From: Pirellula staleyi DSM 6068
Lineage (GTDB): Bacteria; Planctomycetota; Planctomycetia; Pirellulales; Pirellulaceae
Assembly: GCA_000025185.1 (NCBI GenBank)
Contig: CP001848.1
Coordinates: 4,470,001-4,502,000, forward strand
Length of the DNA stretch: 32,000 nucleotides
Direction of reading: 5' to 3'
Below, piece by piece: positions 30,486-32,000 of the stretch. A model generated the notes under the pieces. That model saw nothing but the letters and a program-made list of their open reading frames with translations. It was not told where the DNA came from and made no database searches. The translations under genes were made by a program, and so were the position numbers. How positions within the stretch are numbered: position 1 is the stretch's first letter; every line of letters begins with the position of its first letter.

Positions 30486-32000
30486 ATGCGAAATTGCTCC
30501 CTCTGCTGGTTGCCAGCGCGCTTGCGCCCAAGCTGCCAAAGCCTCTGGATTTCACTCGTCCCGATCTTGCGCTGTGCAGTGGCTGTGGGGATGAGTGTCG
30601 CGATTGTTTTCGGAGCGAGTCCGGCGACTGCTGATGAGCTGACCCCCGCGATGCAAAAGTGGGGAGATCAGTATTCCGAGAAGATTCTTCCGATCGTGAA
30701 GTCGCGCTGCATCGAATGCCACAACGCAGAAAAATCGGAAGGTGATTTCGATTTGTCGAAGTATCCCGACGGTGGTTCAGCAGCGCGTGCAGGAGACATG
30801 TGGGAACGGGTGGCGCGGCGCATTCGTCAGAATGAAATGCCACCGCAAGGGAGCCCTGGCCTCAATGATCCGCAGAAGGGAGCCTTTAACCAATGGCTCG
30901 ATTCGCGCCCCGAACAGCAGCTCTGCAAGAATCTGGCGACCGATGAAACACAGGCCTGGTATCGCGGGCATGTGATGAGTCGACGTCTGACGCGCACCGA
31001 GTATCGCCACGCGGTGCGAGATGTGCTTGGGATCGAACTTCGAGAGAGCGATCTGCCTCCTTCCGACGGTGCCGGTGGCGAAGGGTTTGATACGGTGGGG
31101 GATTCGCTCTTCACTTCCCCGATCCATCTTGAGGCCTATTTAATGGCAGCCGATCGCGCCATCGAAGCTGCTTTGCCGACGAGCGAAGAAGGGCTCAACG
31201 CTTCAGCTGTTGCCGCGCGACGACGTTTACTCGCGGTGCTGCCGAAGTCGATCGACAGCGGCTCGGCGCTCGAAGAAGAAGCGGCTGCGAAAGAGAACCT
31301 GCAAACGTTTGGCAAGCGAGCCTGGCGGCGGCCGATGGCAGGGGATGAACTCGAGCGGCTGATGGTGATTTTCCACAAGGCGCGGCAGCGACATGGGGAG
31401 TTTATTGCTGCGCTGCGCGAACCGATGAAGGCGATGTTGGTTTCGCCCCATTTTCTGTTCGTCGTAGAGTCGGAGCCCGCAGCGGGGGGAGTGCAACGCA
31501 TTTCGCCGCATCAATTGGCCACGCGGCTGTCGCTGCTGGTGTGGTCGTCGGTGCCCGACGATGAGCTACTTGAACTCGCCGATCGGGGAGAGATCTACGA
31601 CGACAATGTTCTGCGGGCTCAGGTGCGACGCATGCTGGCCGATCCGAAGTCCCGCGCGCTTGGAGAAAATTTTGGACTGCAGTGGCTGGGACTCAAAGAG
31701 TTTGGCAACGGGCCTCAGCCCGATGCTGCTGTTTTTCCCGAGTACAACGCACAGCTCGTCGCCGCGATGCGCGAGGAAGCGATTCGAACTGTGGCAGGGG
31801 TGTTTCAGAACGATGCTCCCCTCACGCAACTGGTCGATGCCGACTATGTCTATGCCAATGCCGAGCTCGCCAAGTTCTATGGTTTAAAGAACGTGGAAGA
31901 TGCAACCTGGAAACAGGTGAAGCTCGAGAACAAAACGCGTGGCGGTGTGCTGACGATGGCGAGTGTGCTGACCACCACTTCGTATCCCCGGCGCACGAGC
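30486..32000 (+). CDS. DUF1587/DUF1595/DUF1592/DUF1588-type Planctomycete heme-motif protein (3' end outside the window)
   Basis: This gene is absent from the supplied ORF track because it runs off the window. I translated the frame from the ATG at 30486, the first ATG after an in-frame TAG at 30468, and it is open for 505 codons to nt 32000. Motifs: signal-like AVAVGMSVAIVFGASPATA; KSRCIECHNAEKSEGDFDLS (CxxCH); RRLTRTEYRHAVRDVLGI; FGKRAWRRPMAGDELERLM; MLVSPHFLFVVE; LATRLSLLVWSSVPDDELLELA; ENFGLQWLGL; and TRGGVLTMASVLTTTSYPRRTS. The start codon is uncertain, with another candidate at 30591. Confidence 0.85.
   Translation, partial: MRNCSLCWLPARLRPSCQSLWISLVPILRCAVAVGMSVAIVFGASPATADELTPAMQKWGDQYSEKILPIVKSRCIECHNAEKSEGDFDLSKYPDGGSAARAGDMWERVARRIRQNEMPPQGSPGLNDPQKGAFNQWLDSRPEQQLCKNLATDETQAWYRGHVMSRRLTRTEYRHAVRDVLGIELRESDLPPSDGAGGEGFDTVGDSLFTSPIHLEAYLMAADRAIEAALPTSEEGLNASAVAARRRLLAVLPKSIDSGSALEEEAAAKENLQTFGKRAWRRPMAGDELERLMVIFHKARQRHGEFIAALREPMKAMLVSPHFLFVVESEPAAGGVQRISPHQLATRLSLLVWSSVPDDELLELADRGEIYDDNVLRAQVRRMLADPKSRALGENFGLQWLGLKEFGNGPQPDAAVFPEYNAQLVAAMREEAIRTVAGVFQNDAPLTQLVDADYVYANAELAKFYGLKNVEDATWKQVKLENKTRGGVLTMASVLTTTSYPRRTS

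Noticed and set aside
30777-31514. Minus-strand ORFs (116, 95, 121 and 95 aa) and plus-strand ORFs at 30742..30975 and 31561..31887 listed in the track.
   Set aside because: All overlap the open-ended plus-strand frame from 30486. That frame carries a continuous series of DUF1587/1595/1592/1588 hallmark motifs and has no stop codon to the window edge.
1-32000. Search for CRISPR arrays, tRNA/rRNA genes, IS elements or transposases, integrases and phage genes.
   Set aside because: I recognised none. The only strong periodic DNA is the 345-bp coding repeat (13320-15740) and the 33-nt coding periodicity, both inside one ORF. The intergenic regions (10270-10483, 12732-13190, 28676-29000, 30177-30485) show no cloverleaf-like or repeat-spacer structure by eye. 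The low-GC toxin cassette has no flanking integrase or terminal repeats that I could find.

Overview
High-GC bacterial chromosome segment (most genes roughly 57-68% GC in hand-counted 60-nt lines). The gene content looks Planctomycetota-like: a PSCyt/DUF1549/DUF1553 protein, a DUF1587/1592/1595/1588-type protein, and an ECF sigma factor coupled to a Ser/Thr kinase. I support 13 protein-coding genes and found no rRNA, tRNA, CRISPR array or recognisable transposase/IS element. Nearly half the window (13191-28223, + strand) is one uninterrupted 5,010-codon ORF for a giant modular protein. In order it contains: a basic N-terminus with an LEQLEPRQMMAA motif and no hydrophobic signal peptide; seven in-phase 345-bp (115-aa) Ig-like tandem repeats; three choice-of-anchor-D-like beta-sandwich modules; about 11 divergent Ig-like modules; about 2,000 aa of Ala/Thr/Asp/Glu-rich sequence with an 11-residue aromatic periodicity; a disordered linker; an uncharacterised pre-toxin region; and a C-terminal ~120-150 aa domain with an HxE...CxxC zinc-deaminase signature that resembles the DddA/SCP1.201-like toxin deaminases. 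A 154-codon ORF overlaps the giant gene's stop codon by 13 nt and is the obvious candidate immunity gene. The last ~2 kb of the giant gene plus this small gene are clearly lower in GC (about 33-50%), as expected for a swapped-in toxin/immunity cassette. I consider this giant deaminase-tipped polymorphic toxin, with no recognisable secretion-system marker, the most likely undescribed system here. Other content: a GntR regulator in an apparent operon with the DUF1549/DUF1553 gene; a translationally coupled ECF sigma/Ser-Thr kinase pair whose kinase ectodomain carries four LTxxQ-like motifs; a CotH-VTC-DUF4956 cluster; an FkbM methyltransferase and a GT1-type glycosyltransferase next to the giant gene; and a secreted SAM-methyltransferase/DsrE-like fusion. 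All family assignments come from motif recognition by eye. No database search was run.
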